Source: Candidatus Pacearchaeota archaeon (GTDB lineage: Archaea > Nanobdellota > Nanobdellia > Pacearchaeales > GW2011-AR1). Taken from it: a stretch of DNA of 64,000 nt. Under the pieces are notes generated by a model. It was not told where the DNA came from and made no database searches. It worked only from the letters and a program-made list of their open reading frames with translations. The stretch covers positions 8,198 through 72,197 of the forward strand of contig JAGLQO010000005.1 in assembly GCA_023136775.1 (NCBI GenBank), read 5' to 3'. Below are positions 8,823 through 19,308 of the stretch, piece by piece; within the stretch, counting starts at the first letter, position 1, and every line of letters begins with the position of its first letter. A program made the position numbers and the translations under genes.

Positions 8823-9659
8823 ATGGCCATGAAGGGTGATAATTCAAAAAAATTCTACAAAATTCTCTCAGATATAAAATCCGTAAAAGTTCAAGGTGCC
8901 GAAAATGTTTGCAAAGCAGGAATCCAAGCTTTTCTTTTGCAGCCGAATAAAATTTCCGCAAAAAAAATTCTGGAAACTAGAGTTACCGAGCCATTATTAC
9001 AAAATGCAATTAAGATTTTATTAAAATCAGAAAATAAAGAAAAGACAGCAAAAAAATTTATATCTAATTTGGAAAAATCCCACGACGCAATAGCCAAGAA
9101 AGGTTCAAAATTAATTAAGAATAATATGAAAATTTATTCACATTGTCATTCTTCAACCGTAATGGATATTTTAAAATATGCAAAAAAGAAAGGCAAGAAA
9201 AATTTCACAGTTTACACAACAGAAGTCGAGCCATTACTTCAAGGAAGAAAGACAGCAAAAGATTTGGCACATTCAAGAATAAAAGTTGTAATAGCATCAG
9301 ACTTTGCAGCCGATCAATTAATGGAAGACTGCGACCTATTTTTATTCGGAGCCGACGCATATACAAAGTCAAGTGCAGTGAATAAAATCGGAACTAGTAC
9401 CTTGGTCTCCCTAGCAAAATCTCATCAAATACCCTCATACTCCTGCGGGGTTTCTTTAAAATTCACAAGCAAAGTAAAAATAGAAAAGAGGTCTCCAAAA
9501 GAAGTTTGGAACGAAAAAATAAAAAATATAAAAGTAGAAAATCCAGCATTCGACAAAACAAAAATAGATAGACTTACAGGAGTAATCTCGGAATTTGGAA
9601 TCCTAACTCCAAAACAATTCGTAAAAAAAGCAAAGCAAAATCTAAAGACTTTAAATTAG
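8823..9659 (+). CDS. eIF-2B alpha/beta/delta family protein (aIF-2B subunit or ribose-1,5-bisphosphate isomerase-like)
   Basis: LFGADAYTKSSAVNKIGT motif and overall family pattern. Confidence 0.6.
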   Translation: MAMKGDNSKKFYKILSDIKSVKVQGAENVCKAGIQAFLLQPNKISAKKILETRVTEPLLQNAIKILLKSENKEKTAKKFISNLEKSHDAIAKKGSKLIKNNMKIYSHCHSSTVMDILKYAKKKGKKNFTVYTTEVEPLLQGRKTAKDLAHSRIKVVIASDFAADQLMEDCDLFLFGADAYTKSSAVNKIGTSTLVSLAKSHQIPSYSCGVSLKFTSKVKIEKRSPKEVWNEKIKNIKVENPAFDKTKIDRLTGVISEFGILTPKQFVKKAKQNLKTLN

Positions 9660-9753
9660 TGGCATATTATCCAATTACATAAGGCATTTTAGAATAATTA
9701 TTTATGACGATTTATTTGAGAACTTTTATAAACAATAAATTCATTTACAATGT

Positions 9754-11598
9754 ATGAAAAAAGTGGGTGTATTAATTGTATTATTATTAATTGTGTTCAC
9801 TCTAGCTCCGCTGACCTTAGCCGCAGATAACGAGACAGAAGAGAAAAGCGAAATTGAAAAAGCATTCGATTGTCTAGAAGAAAAAGTTGATGATTGCAGC
9901 AAGATAACGACTCAAGAAATCGCTTTAACAATTATGGCCACACCAGACAATGTATTTAATGATTGCGTCGAAGAATTAGAAAACCGAGAAAAATCCAACA
10001 ATTGGAATGGAAATGTTAGAGATACCGCTCTAGCTGCTCTAGCATTAAAACATGCAGGCAAGGACACATCCGCTATAGAAGAATGGCTATTCCAACAAGA
10101 ACAAATTCCAAGAGAATTAGATTGGTTTATGCAACTAGATGCCAACGAAGCAATGAAATGTACAATCAGCTATGACTCCGAATCATATGAAAGTATTGAA
10201 ATAGGGGAAAATAAAAAAATACAAACTGCTGCAGGTAGTTGTCTAAGTTTAGCCAGACAAGGTTTTTGGTTCAGAGTCGGAGACAACTGTTACGAAAAGG
10301 AATTTTCTATTAAATGTGACAAAAATTTTATTTCTAGTTTGTTGTATGAGAATGGAGAATCCATTCCCAGAACTACCTATGTTTTAGAAGGAACAAAATC
10401 TGCTCCCGCCTACGAAGAAATTACATTAGATGTCAGATCAAAATGCTTCGGAAAGAGTGGCTGTGATTATGAGGGAACGGTTTGGGCAGCCTTGGCATTA
10501 AAGAAATCCGGACACGACATTGATGATTTTATTCCTTATATTGTTGCCATGACAGATACAAACAAAAAATACTTGCCTGACGCTTTTGTATATATGTTGA
10601 CAAATTATGAAGATTATGCAACTAAATTAGTAGCAAATCAAAAGCTCGGAGACTTTTGGGAAGCAGACCTTTCTCTTTACAAAAAATACTATGACACATC
10701 TTTGGCATTACTAGCTTTAGGAAGTTCCTCATCCGAAAGAGTAAACGCCGCTGAAGGTTGGATGTTATTTACTCAAGGAAGCAATGGATGTTGGCAAAAT
10801 TCTGTTAGGGATACAGCAATTGCTCTTTGGGCCATAGAAGGAAGACCAGGAAAAGCACCAAGTAGCGAAGGTGGAAATAGTCATACACTTTGTAGCGAGG
10901 CTAATTATTTTTGTATTCCAAATAGTGAATGTCCAGCAAATGAAGTTATGGGGAATTTTTATTGTTCTTCTTTGTCGACCACATGTTGTGCCACTGAAAA
11001 TTTAAAGACCTGCTCTGAATATATCGGACAAGCTTGTTTAGGGGATACATTTTGTGTTGGAAATGAACGTAGAAGTAGCGATGTTGATAAGTGTTGTACA
11101 GGAACTTGTGAAGAAAGACCTCAAGAAAGCGAATGCGAGGCTAATTTTTATACTTGTGCAGATTTTTGTAGTGAAACTCAAGAAAATGCATACTTAGATT
11201 GTGATGGTGGTCAAGTTTGCTGTAGAAACAAAGTAGCTGCAAAAGAGAAGAAATCTTTGTGGTGGATATGGTTAATTCTTTTTATTTTATTAGCTGTCCT
11301 TGGAGCTTTAGCTTATGTTTACAGAGAGCAATTAAAAGAAAAGCTAGAAGAAATCAAAAAGAAAATGGGCAAAGGAAAAAGTGGTGCGCCTACTGGTGGG
11401 CCTAAAGGACCACCAAGAAGACCAGGTATGCCTCAACGACCAGGTATGCCACCAAGAAGACCAGGTATGCCTCCTCGTCCAGGATCTCCTCCAGTAACTA
11501 GGCCGCAAATTCCAGGAAGAAGACCGATGCCGGGGTACAGAGAAGATCCAGCAATGAGAGAAACTTTTAGGAAGCTCAGAAAAATTGCAGCAAGATAA
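9754..11598 (+). CDS. secreted surface protein with alpha/alpha-toroid (prenyltransferase/squalene-cyclase-like) repeats, C-terminal Cys-rich domain, TM anchor and Pro-rich tail
   Basis: Signal peptide ...PLTLA|ADN. Repeats NVRDTALAALAL, GTVWAALAL, VRDTAIALWA. About 30 Cys in the last 200 extracellular residues. TM LWWIWLILFILLAVLGALAYVY. Tail of PRRPGMP repeats. Confidence 0.6.
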   Translation: MKKVGVLIVLLLIVFTLAPLTLAADNETEEKSEIEKAFDCLEEKVDDCSKITTQEIALTIMATPDNVFNDCVEELENREKSNNWNGNVRDTALAALALKHAGKDTSAIEEWLFQQEQIPRELDWFMQLDANEAMKCTISYDSESYESIEIGENKKIQTAAGSCLSLARQGFWFRVGDNCYEKEFSIKCDKNFISSLLYENGESIPRTTYVLEGTKSAPAYEEITLDVRSKCFGKSGCDYEGTVWAALALKKSGHDIDDFIPYIVAMTDTNKKYLPDAFVYMLTNYEDYATKLVANQKLGDFWEADLSLYKKYYDTSLALLALGSSSSERVNAAEGWMLFTQGSNGCWQNSVRDTAIALWAIEGRPGKAPSSEGGNSHTLCSEANYFCIPNSECPANEVMGNFYCSSLSTTCCATENLKTCSEYIGQACLGDTFCVGNERRSSDVDKCCTGTCEERPQESECEANFYTCADFCSETQENAYLDCDGGQVCCRNKVAAKEKKSLWWIWLILFILLAVLGALAYVYREQLKEKLEEIKKKMGKGKSGAPTGGPKGPPRRPGMPQRPGMPPRRPGMPPRPGSPPVTRPQIPGRRPMPGYREDPAMRETFRKLRKIAAR

Positions 11599-11652
11599 TT
11601 TTATTATTTTTAGTCCAGTTAAATTTATTAATTAATTGATATTCTATTAACT

Positions 11653-12975
11653 ATGAAAAAGTGTGTGATATTATTATTCTTAATTGTAATTTCTTTTGCT
11701 AATGCTGAGCCTATTTTAAAATTCCAAAATGAAGATATTCAATCTGGAGAAACTATTTTAGCCACAATAAATACCACGGGCAAATTTACAAAACAAATTG
11801 AGAGCAGCAATTTAGTGTTTTACAAAGGTCGAAAGAAAACAATATTCGAACACGATGTTATATATTACGACGGAATACATTATGTTTTTATTTATGCTAA
11901 TAGGGATGGAGAATTTGAAATAAGAATAGAAAATATCCTATACAAAGAAAATGACACCTTAAAATCATCTAACATAATAAAACCATTTAATATAACTACC
12001 AATATAAAAATCGATGAAGAGACTAACGAAACAATAACAGAAATTTTAGAAATTCGTCCAGGAGCAGTTTATTTTCCAAAAGATACATATATAAAATTAT
12101 TCAACAAAGGGACTATCCCCTTAGAATTAAAATATGGCAAAGAAAAAATTATAATAGAGCCTCTTACAACAAAAAAAATTGAACTCGAACCTCAAGAAAA
12201 ATTTTCGCTATTTGAAGTTGAGGGATATAAAGATTTTTCAATTCCAATTATTTATCCAACACTTGAAGATGAATTTGTCTCACCAATAATAAAGTCTGAT
12301 TTGAAAGCTGACCCAGATTTTTTTGTTTCCGAACTTTTTGTAGATGTCAAAGAAACCGAATTTATTCAAATATTTAACCTTGGAGATAGTGACATCACAG
12401 ATTTAGAAATTATGACAGATATAGAATACATAAGGACTGGAAAGTTAGAGAACATGGTGGGCAGACAGATTCAAAATTTAAGCGTAAAAATAGATGCGGA
12501 AGCTGCTGGACATTTTGAAGGAGTAATAAATATTACTTATTTTTCTAATAACGAATCAAATTACCTAAAAATTCCAGTGAGTATATATGCCCTACCAAAG
12601 GGAACCAATGAGACTGAATTCGAAGTGTTAGATGATTCCTGTGATAATTTAAACGGGCAAGTTTGTAAAAAAGGAAGTATTTGCGAAGAAGATGCAGATC
12701 AGCGTTTCACCAGTGACGGAAAATATTGCTGTTTTGGAGAATGTATCGAAACAAAAACAGGTTCAAGTGCGGATTCAGATTATGGTTGGATAATAGCAGT
12801 AGTAATTCTTGCAGCACTCGGGGGCTATGGATATTATATGTATAAAAAACAAAAAAACCTCACTCCAAAAAAACCAAGTGAGAGATTAAAAGAATCAGTA
12901 GCTGGATATAAAAAGAGAATGGCAGTAAAGCCAAAATCAACTTTGAGAGTCAAAGGAAATTTACAAAAATCCTAA
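11653..12975 (+). CDS. secreted, C-terminally membrane-anchored protein (Cys-rich stalk)
   Basis: Signal peptide ...SFANA|EP. C-terminal TM WIIAVVILAALGGYGYYMY followed by a basic tail. Confidence 0.5.
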   Translation: MKKCVILLFLIVISFANAEPILKFQNEDIQSGETILATINTTGKFTKQIESSNLVFYKGRKKTIFEHDVIYYDGIHYVFIYANRDGEFEIRIENILYKENDTLKSSNIIKPFNITTNIKIDEETNETITEILEIRPGAVYFPKDTYIKLFNKGTIPLELKYGKEKIIIEPLTTKKIELEPQEKFSLFEVEGYKDFSIPIIYPTLEDEFVSPIIKSDLKADPDFFVSELFVDVKETEFIQIFNLGDSDITDLEIMTDIEYIRTGKLENMVGRQIQNLSVKIDAEAAGHFEGVINITYFSNNESNYLKIPVSIYALPKGTNETEFEVLDDSCDNLNGQVCKKGSICEEDADQRFTSDGKYCCFGECIETKTGSSADSDYGWIIAVVILAALGGYGYYMYKKQKNLTPKKPSERLKESVAGYKKRMAVKPKSTLRVKGNLQKS

Positions 12976-13248
12976 TTATTTATTTTGAATAAACCAATCT
13001 ATTTTATCATATTTATACAAAGTTTTTACGTAGCATTCATGTTTTTGAGCAACAGACCGATTCTCACATTCTTTAAAATGAAGCAAACATTTAAACCTTT
13101 TACTTTTAACATACTTTGCACCCTTACCCTCAGCATGCGCCTTCATTCGTTTATCCAAATCATTAGTGACGCCACAATAAAACGAACCATCTTGACATTC
13201 CAACAAATATACAAACCAAGATTTTTCTTTAGAAATAGTAGCGTCCAT
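12976..13248 (-). CDS. GIY-YIG nuclease family protein (UPF0213-like)
   Basis: WFVYLLECQDGSFYCGVTNDLDKRMKAHAEGKGAKY matches the GIY-YIG fold motifs. Confidence 0.6.
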   Translation of the reverse strand: MDATISKEKSWFVYLLECQDGSFYCGVTNDLDKRMKAHAEGKGAKYVKSKRFKCLLHFKECENRSVAQKHECYVKTLYKYDKIDWFIQNK

Positions 13249-13958
13249 CAGTATTGCAAATCAAGATTTTTTTTCTTAGCACAAGCCGAACATAAAAGTG
13301 CAGTCTCTTCTAAACTCATATAATACCGATTTCCTTCCTCAAGAATGTCGTTAAACTTATCCCAACCTTCTTCGATGGTAAGCTTTCCAGAAACAACTTC
13401 CTCAGGAACTTTAGCAGCTTTTTCTAAAAGGTCAGTCCTTTTCTTAAACATATTATAATGAAATAAATTTGGCTTAGCAGCCTTAGAAATTTTCTTACTA
13501 CAAAGATAACATTTTGCTTGAGTCATCAGAAGTTCTTGTTCTCGAATGGCCCACTGAAGTTGAAAGTCGCTGTCTTGGATAAGATGCTTGTAATTTCCAA
13601 TTCCCCCAAGCCTATTAAATGTCAAAGTAATTTCTTCATCTTCAGTATTTCTATCCCTAATAACGATTTCACCAATTTTTCTAGAATATCTCCATATTGG
13701 ATATTTCCTCTCACCCTTAGGAGTAGTCGTCGGTCTGCCAATTCTATAAGCTTTATATCCAGTCTTAATATGACCAATAGACATTTCCTTTTTGAGAGCA
13801 GTAGTCTTAATTATTTTCTCCTTAACTTTTTTAGCAGCAGTCTTTTCCTTCCTAGAAACATAACCCTTTTCACCCGGAAGAATATTTGGAGTAACGATAA
13901 CCATAATAAAGAAACGCAAATTTGTTTTATAAATCTTAGCGTCGATAATCAGACACAC
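13248..13958 (-). CDS. hypothetical protein with C-terminal CxxC...CxxC zinc ribbon
   Basis: ORF only. CYLCSKK...CSACAKK. Start may be the internal MVIVT. Confidence 0.35.
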   Translation of the reverse strand: MCLIIDAKIYKTNLRFFIMVIVTPNILPGEKGYVSRKEKTAAKKVKEKIIKTTALKKEMSIGHIKTGYKAYRIGRPTTTPKGERKYPIWRYSRKIGEIVIRDRNTEDEEITLTFNRLGGIGNYKHLIQDSDFQLQWAIREQELLMTQAKCYLCSKKISKAAKPNLFHYNMFKKRTDLLEKAAKVPEEVVSGKLTIEEGWDKFNDILEEGNRYYMSLEETALLCSACAKKKNLDLQY

Positions 13959-13984
13959 AACATATTAGATTTGGAGAACGTTCC

Positions 13985-14530
13985 GTTCTCATATCACACA
14001 AGTCTCCCTCACTTCGCTTCGCTACATTCGCTCGACCGACTACTACATTCACATATGTTCATTCCGTTGCAACGCGTAAAAAACAAATCACTCCCTCTCT
14101 CCACTAAAGCTCCATTCACTCGTCCCAAAAAAATAAAATACCATTCCATAAGAAGTTGTGACTTCTTATGGAATAATTCATCTTAACCATTTCTACTTGA
14201 AATCATAACGACTTCCTAAAGAAAATCGTCACGCTCTCAAGTAGAGAGTAACAAGAAACCAATCGCGAATTAACATTCACTCCAATAGTTACAACTCCAT
14301 GAAAAATCATAGCGATTTTTCCTTCGGAAAAAACGCCAGTGATTTCTCATGGAAGAACATTCCGAATAACGGGAATTTCGCCCCGAAGATTCGTAACTGG
14401 GCGCGTCAAATGACGAAATTCCCTTCTTGTATCAAACCATCTGCGACAATAGTCGGTAAGGGGTTTGGAATCTAGGGCTCGCCTCTCGAAGACCAACCTG
14501 GCATTTTTTCACCAGAAAAAAAGCCAACCC
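13985..14530 (+). repeat. R1 mosaic repeat, full copy ii, ending 200 bp upstream of rpl3
   Basis: Contains all R1 blocks including tcaaaccatctgcgac...agtcggtaaggggt...ttttttcaccagaaaaaaagccaaccc. Confidence 0.6.
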
Positions 14531-14729
14531 AAATCTTTATATACCCAAATTTCTCAGTCTAATTATTGATTCCATTCAAAACTTAAATGTTTGGATGATG
14601 AGAATTTTGTGATAGGTTGGTCACGATAAATCCAAGGGTGCTACCGAGGAATTATCAAGTAGCGAAAACTACTGCAGAAAAGAAAAAGGAAACGAAAGTT
14701 TTCAATGTTCTTTTCAGGAAACAAAACAA

Positions 14730-15674
14730 ATGACAGATAATAATGGAATACACGCAGGAAGCTTACAGTTCTACCCGAGGGTAAGAGCTAAAAAAGTAAT
14801 ACCTAGCGTAAACTGGAAACCAGTAGAAAGAGAAGGTACTAATTTTATGGGATTCATCGGATACAAAGTAGGAATGATCTCAGTTTGGGCAAAAGACGAT
14901 ACTGAAAACTCTTTAACAAAAGGTAAAAGAATATCAATCCCAGCAACTGTTATCGAATGCCCAGTTATGAAAGTTTATTCTGTAAGATTTTACAAAGACA
15001 AAAAAGTTCTAAAAGATATTATTGTATCTAATGATAAAGATTTAAAAAAATCTGTTAAAGTTCCAAAGAAGCTTTCAGAATTTAAAGACGTTGAAGAATA
15101 CGACGATGTTCGAGCAATTTTATACACAGATGTAAAGAACACTTGCGTAGACAAAAACAAATCAGATTTAATCGAAATAGCTGTTTCAGGCTCTGTTGAC
15201 GAAAAATTAGCTTTCATTAAGGAAAGAATCGGAAAAGATATTTCTATTTCTGAAGTGTTTACTGAAGGATTAGTAGACGTTAGAGGAGTTACAAAAGGTT
15301 TCGGAACTTGCGGACCAGTAAAGCGATTTGGAATTTCATTAAAATCTCACAAGTCTGAAAAGGGACAAAGAAGACCAGGATCATTAGCTCCATGGCATCC
15401 TGCAAGAGTTACTTTTAGAGCTCCACAAGCTGGGCAAACAGGATATCACAGCAGAATTACATATAATAATTTAATCCTAAAAGTAGGAAAAACTTCCGAA
15501 GAAGACATCAATCGAAAGGGTGGATTTGAACATTACGGAGTTATAAAAAACGATTACATGATTTTAAAAGGCTCTATCCCAGGACCACAAAAGAGAGGAT
15601 TAATGATTACAACAGCAATTAGACCAACCGAGTTTCAATTAAAGAAAAAGTTTGAGGTATTAGAATTACAATGA
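14730..15674 (+). CDS. rpl3: 50S ribosomal protein L3
   Basis: FMGFIGYKVGM...KGFGTCG pattern. First gene of the operon. Confidence 0.9.
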   Translation: MTDNNGIHAGSLQFYPRVRAKKVIPSVNWKPVEREGTNFMGFIGYKVGMISVWAKDDTENSLTKGKRISIPATVIECPVMKVYSVRFYKDKKVLKDIIVSNDKDLKKSVKVPKKLSEFKDVEEYDDVRAILYTDVKNTCVDKNKSDLIEIAVSGSVDEKLAFIKERIGKDISISEVFTEGLVDVRGVTKGFGTCGPVKRFGISLKSHKSEKGQRRPGSLAPWHPARVTFRAPQAGQTGYHSRITYNNLILKVGKTSEEDINRKGGFEHYGVIKNDYMILKGSIPGPQKRGLMITTAIRPTEFQLKKKFEVLELQ

Positions 15675-16456
15675 AAGCAAAATTATTCGATAAAGCAGGA
15701 AAAGAAAAAGGAACAGTAGATTTACCTAAAAGTTTTACAGCTAGAATCAGAGAAGACATTTTATCTAAAGTTTTCCAAGCACAATTAGGATTATATAGAC
15801 AAGCTTACGGAGCTATGGAAGGAGCAGGTGCTCAATATTCAGCTTCTGGTATCTCTAAGAAAAAGAGACACGACTGGAAAGCAACTTACGGTAAAGGAAT
15901 TTCAAGAGTACCAAGAAAAGTTATGTCTAGACACGGAGCTAGTTTCAATTGGATTGGAGCTACAGTTTCTAACACTAGAGGTGGTAGAAGACCACACGCA
16001 CCAAGAAGTGCTAAAGTTTTATTAAAGAAAACAAATAAAAAAGAATTAGCAATGGCTTTTAATTCTGCAATCGCAGGAACTGTTGATGCTAAATCTTTAG
16101 CAAAGAAATACAATAAGAAAGTTGAATCTGGATTAGTATTTGAGAGTGATATTTTAGAAGTAAAGACAAAAGACTTTATCGCAACTATGAAAGTAGTTTT
16201 CGGTGACGCATTTTCTACTGTTTTAAAGAATAAGCAAATTAGAGCTGGAATCGGAAAGATGCGAGGACGAAAATACAAATCTAACGCTGGATTATTATTT
16301 GTCTTAGGAAACGAAGAATCAATGAAGAGAAAAGGAATTACAGTTGTGAATGTTTGCGACTTGACAATTAAAGACTTATCTCCAAACGGAGAACCAGGAA
16401 GATTAGTTTGTTATACTGAGAATGCAATTAAAGACATGGGAGAGCGATTTAAATAA
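15671..16456 (+). CDS. rpl4: 50S ribosomal protein L4 (L1e)
   Basis: Position and archaeal L4 pattern. 4-nt overlap with rpl3. Confidence 0.85.
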   Translation: MKAKLFDKAGKEKGTVDLPKSFTARIREDILSKVFQAQLGLYRQAYGAMEGAGAQYSASGISKKKRHDWKATYGKGISRVPRKVMSRHGASFNWIGATVSNTRGGRRPHAPRSAKVLLKKTNKKELAMAFNSAIAGTVDAKSLAKKYNKKVESGLVFESDILEVKTKDFIATMKVVFGDAFSTVLKNKQIRAGIGKMRGRKYKSNAGLLFVLGNEESMKRKGITVVNVCDLTIKDLSPNGEPGRLVCYTENAIKDMGERFK

Positions 16457-16457
16457 A

Positions 16458-16715
16458 ATGGCAGGAACAATTGTTTTAGAAAAGATTAAGTCTACGGAAA
16501 AGATAGTTAGACAAATCGAAATTGATAACGTTTTAGTATTTGTAGTTGATAGAAGTGTTACAAAACAAGATGTTAAAGAAGAAATACAAAATTTATTTGA
16601 TGTTAAAGTTGCAAAAGTTAGAACACACACTTTAAAGAATAAAAAAATTGCTTACGTTAAATTAAAACAGGAGTTCCCAGCAGTAGATTTAGCTACTAAG
16701 TTGGGTATGATGTAA
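16458..16715 (+). CDS. rpl23: 50S ribosomal protein L23
   Basis: MAGTIVLEKIKSTEK...AYVKL. ATG one nt after the L4 stop. Confidence 0.8.
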   Translation: MAGTIVLEKIKSTEKIVRQIEIDNVLVFVVDRSVTKQDVKEEIQNLFDVKVAKVRTHTLKNKKIAYVKLKQEFPAVDLATKLGMM

Positions 16716-16760
16716 TGGTAACAGTAAGACCTTTAAATACATTTGAGGAACGAAAATAAT

Positions 16761-17459
16761 ATGGGAAAGAGAATTATACAACAGCGTAGAGGGGCCGGCG
16801 GACCAACTTATAGAGCTAGTCCTAAATCAAGAAGTTTAAGACCAGGATATTCTAGCGATGCGACTGGAGAATATGAATGTGTTAAATTAATAGGTTCACC
16901 AGGTCACACAATTCCATTAGCAAAATTCATGAACAAAGAAGGAAAGATGTTTACAACTTTCGCAGTTAACTTACTTTACATAGGACAAAAAATTACAATC
17001 AATGGAAATAAAAAAGGCGATATCACAAAACTTGGGGACATGAAAAACGGAACAGAAGTTTTTAATCTAGAACATAATCCAAAGGACGGAGGAAAATTCG
17101 TTCGAACTGGTGGAAACTACGCAACGGTTATGGCAAAGGAAGGAGACATAGTAAAAGTTATGATGCCATCTAAAAGAACAAAGAAATTTAATACTAATTG
17201 TAGGGCGACTATTGGAAGAGCAGCTGGCGACGGTAGAATGGATAAACCAATCTTAAAAGCTGGTAACAAGTTTTATATAATGAAATCTAAGTCTAAACTA
17301 TGGCCTATTGTATCAGCTGTAAAGATGAACGCAATTGACCATCCATTCGGTTCTGGACGAGGAAAGAGAATGAAATCCAAGATTGCTAAGAGAAACGCTT
17401 CTCCAGGTAAGAAAGTTGGACATATTAGACCAAGTAGAACAGGGAGGAAGAAAAGATAA
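16761..17459 (+). CDS. rpl2: 50S ribosomal protein L2
   Basis: MGKRIIQQRRGAG...GGNYATV...HPFGSGRGK. GAGGAA 10 nt upstream. Confidence 0.9.
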   Translation: MGKRIIQQRRGAGGPTYRASPKSRSLRPGYSSDATGEYECVKLIGSPGHTIPLAKFMNKEGKMFTTFAVNLLYIGQKITINGNKKGDITKLGDMKNGTEVFNLEHNPKDGGKFVRTGGNYATVMAKEGDIVKVMMPSKRTKKFNTNCRATIGRAAGDGRMDKPILKAGNKFYIMKSKSKLWPIVSAVKMNAIDHPFGSGRGKRMKSKIAKRNASPGKKVGHIRPSRTGRKKR

Positions 17460-17461
17460 AA

Positions 17462-17848
17462 ATGGCAGAAATATTAGTAAAGAAAGATAAAAGTAAATTC
17501 TTCCGAGGAAAGAATACTGAAGAATTAAAAGCAATTGACACTAGAGAATTCGCCAAATTAGTTAAGTCTAGAGCTAGGAGAACTATTCTTCGAAACTACG
17601 ACGTAATCGATGCTTTCGTTGCAAAATGCGAGAGAAACGAATCTAGAAACAAGCCAATCAGAACGCATGACAGAACTATTGTTATTGTCCCTAGAATGTT
17701 AGGAAAGACAATTTTCGTTTACAACGGTAAAGAATTCCTAAAGGTTATTATTATCGAAGAAATGCTCGGACACAGGCTCGGAGAATTCGCTATGACAAGA
17801 AAAATTGCAAAACATACATCTATTGGTGGAGGAGCTAAGAAGAAATAA
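17462..17848 (+). CDS. rps19: 30S ribosomal protein S19
   Basis: GHRLGEFAMTRK motif. Confidence 0.9.
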   Translation: MAEILVKKDKSKFFRGKNTEELKAIDTREFAKLVKSRARRTILRNYDVIDAFVAKCERNESRNKPIRTHDRTIVIVPRMLGKTIFVYNGKEFLKVIIIEEMLGHRLGEFAMTRKIAKHTSIGGGAKKK

Positions 17849-17849
17849 A

Positions 17850-18461
17850 ATGGAAGAAGAAAAAATGACTAAGGATACAATTGAAAAAATCGACGCTAAA
17901 GTAGAAAAAGCTAAAGCTAAAGAAGTTAAAACTGAAGCTAAAGTTGAAACTCCAAAGACTGAAGAGAAAACTGAAGCTAAAGAAGAAAAGAAGACTGAGG
18001 AAGCAAAATCTGAAACTAAGAAAGCTAAAGTAGAAACTAAAGTCGCTAAAAAAGAAATGGCAATGGCTAACGGGTTTTCTTTAAAGATCTCACCTAAACA
18101 ATCTAAGTTTGTTTGTAGGGTAATCAAAGGCAAATCTCCTCAAGCAGCAGTTCAAAGATTAGAAGATGTAATCACAGAGAAAAGAGTAATTCCTATGGCA
18201 AGTTTAGAAATTGGGCACCGAAAAGGAAAAGGACTAGCTGGTGGAAGATATCCAAAGAACGCATGTAAAGCTATCATTGAAATTATTAAGCAAGCAGGAG
18301 CTAACGCTGTTGTTGCAGGAATTGATAATCCAGTTATCACAATCGCTAAGGCTGACAAGGCATCTGAACCGTTCAGAAGATCTGGAACAAGAGGAAGAAG
18401 GGCACATATTCATATTGAAATAAAAGATAAAAAAAGCCTAATTAAGGCAAAGAAAAAATAA
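17850..18461 (+). CDS. rpl22: 50S ribosomal protein L22 with ~65-aa Lys/Glu/Ala-rich N-terminal extension
   Basis: L22 core ANGFSLKISPKQSKFVCRVIKGKS preceded by a KE-rich low-complexity tract. Confidence 0.8.
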   Translation: MEEEKMTKDTIEKIDAKVEKAKAKEVKTEAKVETPKTEEKTEAKEEKKTEEAKSETKKAKVETKVAKKEMAMANGFSLKISPKQSKFVCRVIKGKSPQAAVQRLEDVITEKRVIPMASLEIGHRKGKGLAGGRYPKNACKAIIEIIKQAGANAVVAGIDNPVITIAKADKASEPFRRSGTRGRRAHIHIEIKDKKSLIKAKKK

Positions 18462-18462
18462 A

Positions 18463-19146
18463 ATGGAAGAAAAGAAATTTGTACAAATTAGAAAGGACGA
18501 ATATAACATTAAGTTATTTGTTATGAAAATGTTTGGGAAAGGAAAAGTATCAAAGGTTTCAATCGAATATACACCAGTTGGGGAAAGAGTTATTGTTTCT
18601 ACTCACAAGCCTGGTTGGATTATCGGTAAGCGAGGAGAAAAAATCTCTGAATTAACTGAAGTATTAAAGAGAAGATTTAAGATGGAAAACCCTCATGTTG
18701 ACATTGACGAAATAATGCATCCAGAATTCGACGCTCAATTAGTAGCTGACGATATTGCAGTAACTTTAGAAAGATTTGGAGCTATGAAATACAAGTCTGC
18801 AAGTTACAGAGTGCTTGGAAGAATTAAAAACTCAGGAGCCTTAGGGGCTGAATTAAGAGTTTCTGGAAAGCTACCAAGTGATAGAGCTCGGAGCTGGAGA
18901 TTCGCATTCGGATATTTAAAGAAAACTGGAGACGCTGCGAAAGTAGTTGACAGAGCTGAAGCGGTTGCGCAAACAAAGCAAGGAATTGTGGGAATCAAAG
19001 TGGCTATTCTAGCACCTGGAATTAAGATGTGTGACCAAATAACAGTTGATAAAGAATTTATGGAAGCAGTAAAAAAGAACGTAACTTTCGAAGAAGTTGA
19101 AGAAACATTCAAAAAAGTAAAGAAAAAAAGGGCGGCTAAAAAATAA
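18463..19146 (+). CDS. rps3: 30S ribosomal protein S3
   Basis: KH domain pattern IGKRGEKISELTEVLKRRF. Confidence 0.9.
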   Translation: MEEKKFVQIRKDEYNIKLFVMKMFGKGKVSKVSIEYTPVGERVIVSTHKPGWIIGKRGEKISELTEVLKRRFKMENPHVDIDEIMHPEFDAQLVADDIAVTLERFGAMKYKSASYRVLGRIKNSGALGAELRVSGKLPSDRARSWRFAFGYLKKTGDAAKVVDRAEAVAQTKQGIVGIKVAILAPGIKMCDQITVDKEFMEAVKKNVTFEEVEETFKKVKKKRAAKK

Positions 19147-19307
19147 TGGCAGAAAAAAAACAATTAACAGCGAAGGAATTCAATAAGAAAATCACAGATT
19201 TAAAAATTGAATTATTGAAAAATCCAACAAAAAGGAAAAGCATTAAAAGGGAAATTGCTCGATTGTTAACAGTCAACAAACAAGCTAAACAGGAGGACAA
19301 ACAATAA
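19146..19307 (+). CDS. rpl29: 50S ribosomal protein L29 (53 aa, below ORF-track cutoff)
   Basis: Hand translation MAEKKQLTAKEFNKKITDLKIELLKNPTKRKSIKREIARLL... Start overlaps the S3 stop by 1 nt. Confidence 0.7.
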   Translation: MAEKKQLTAKEFNKKITDLKIELLKNPTKRKSIKREIARLLTVNKQAKQEDKQ

Positions 19308-19308
19308 A

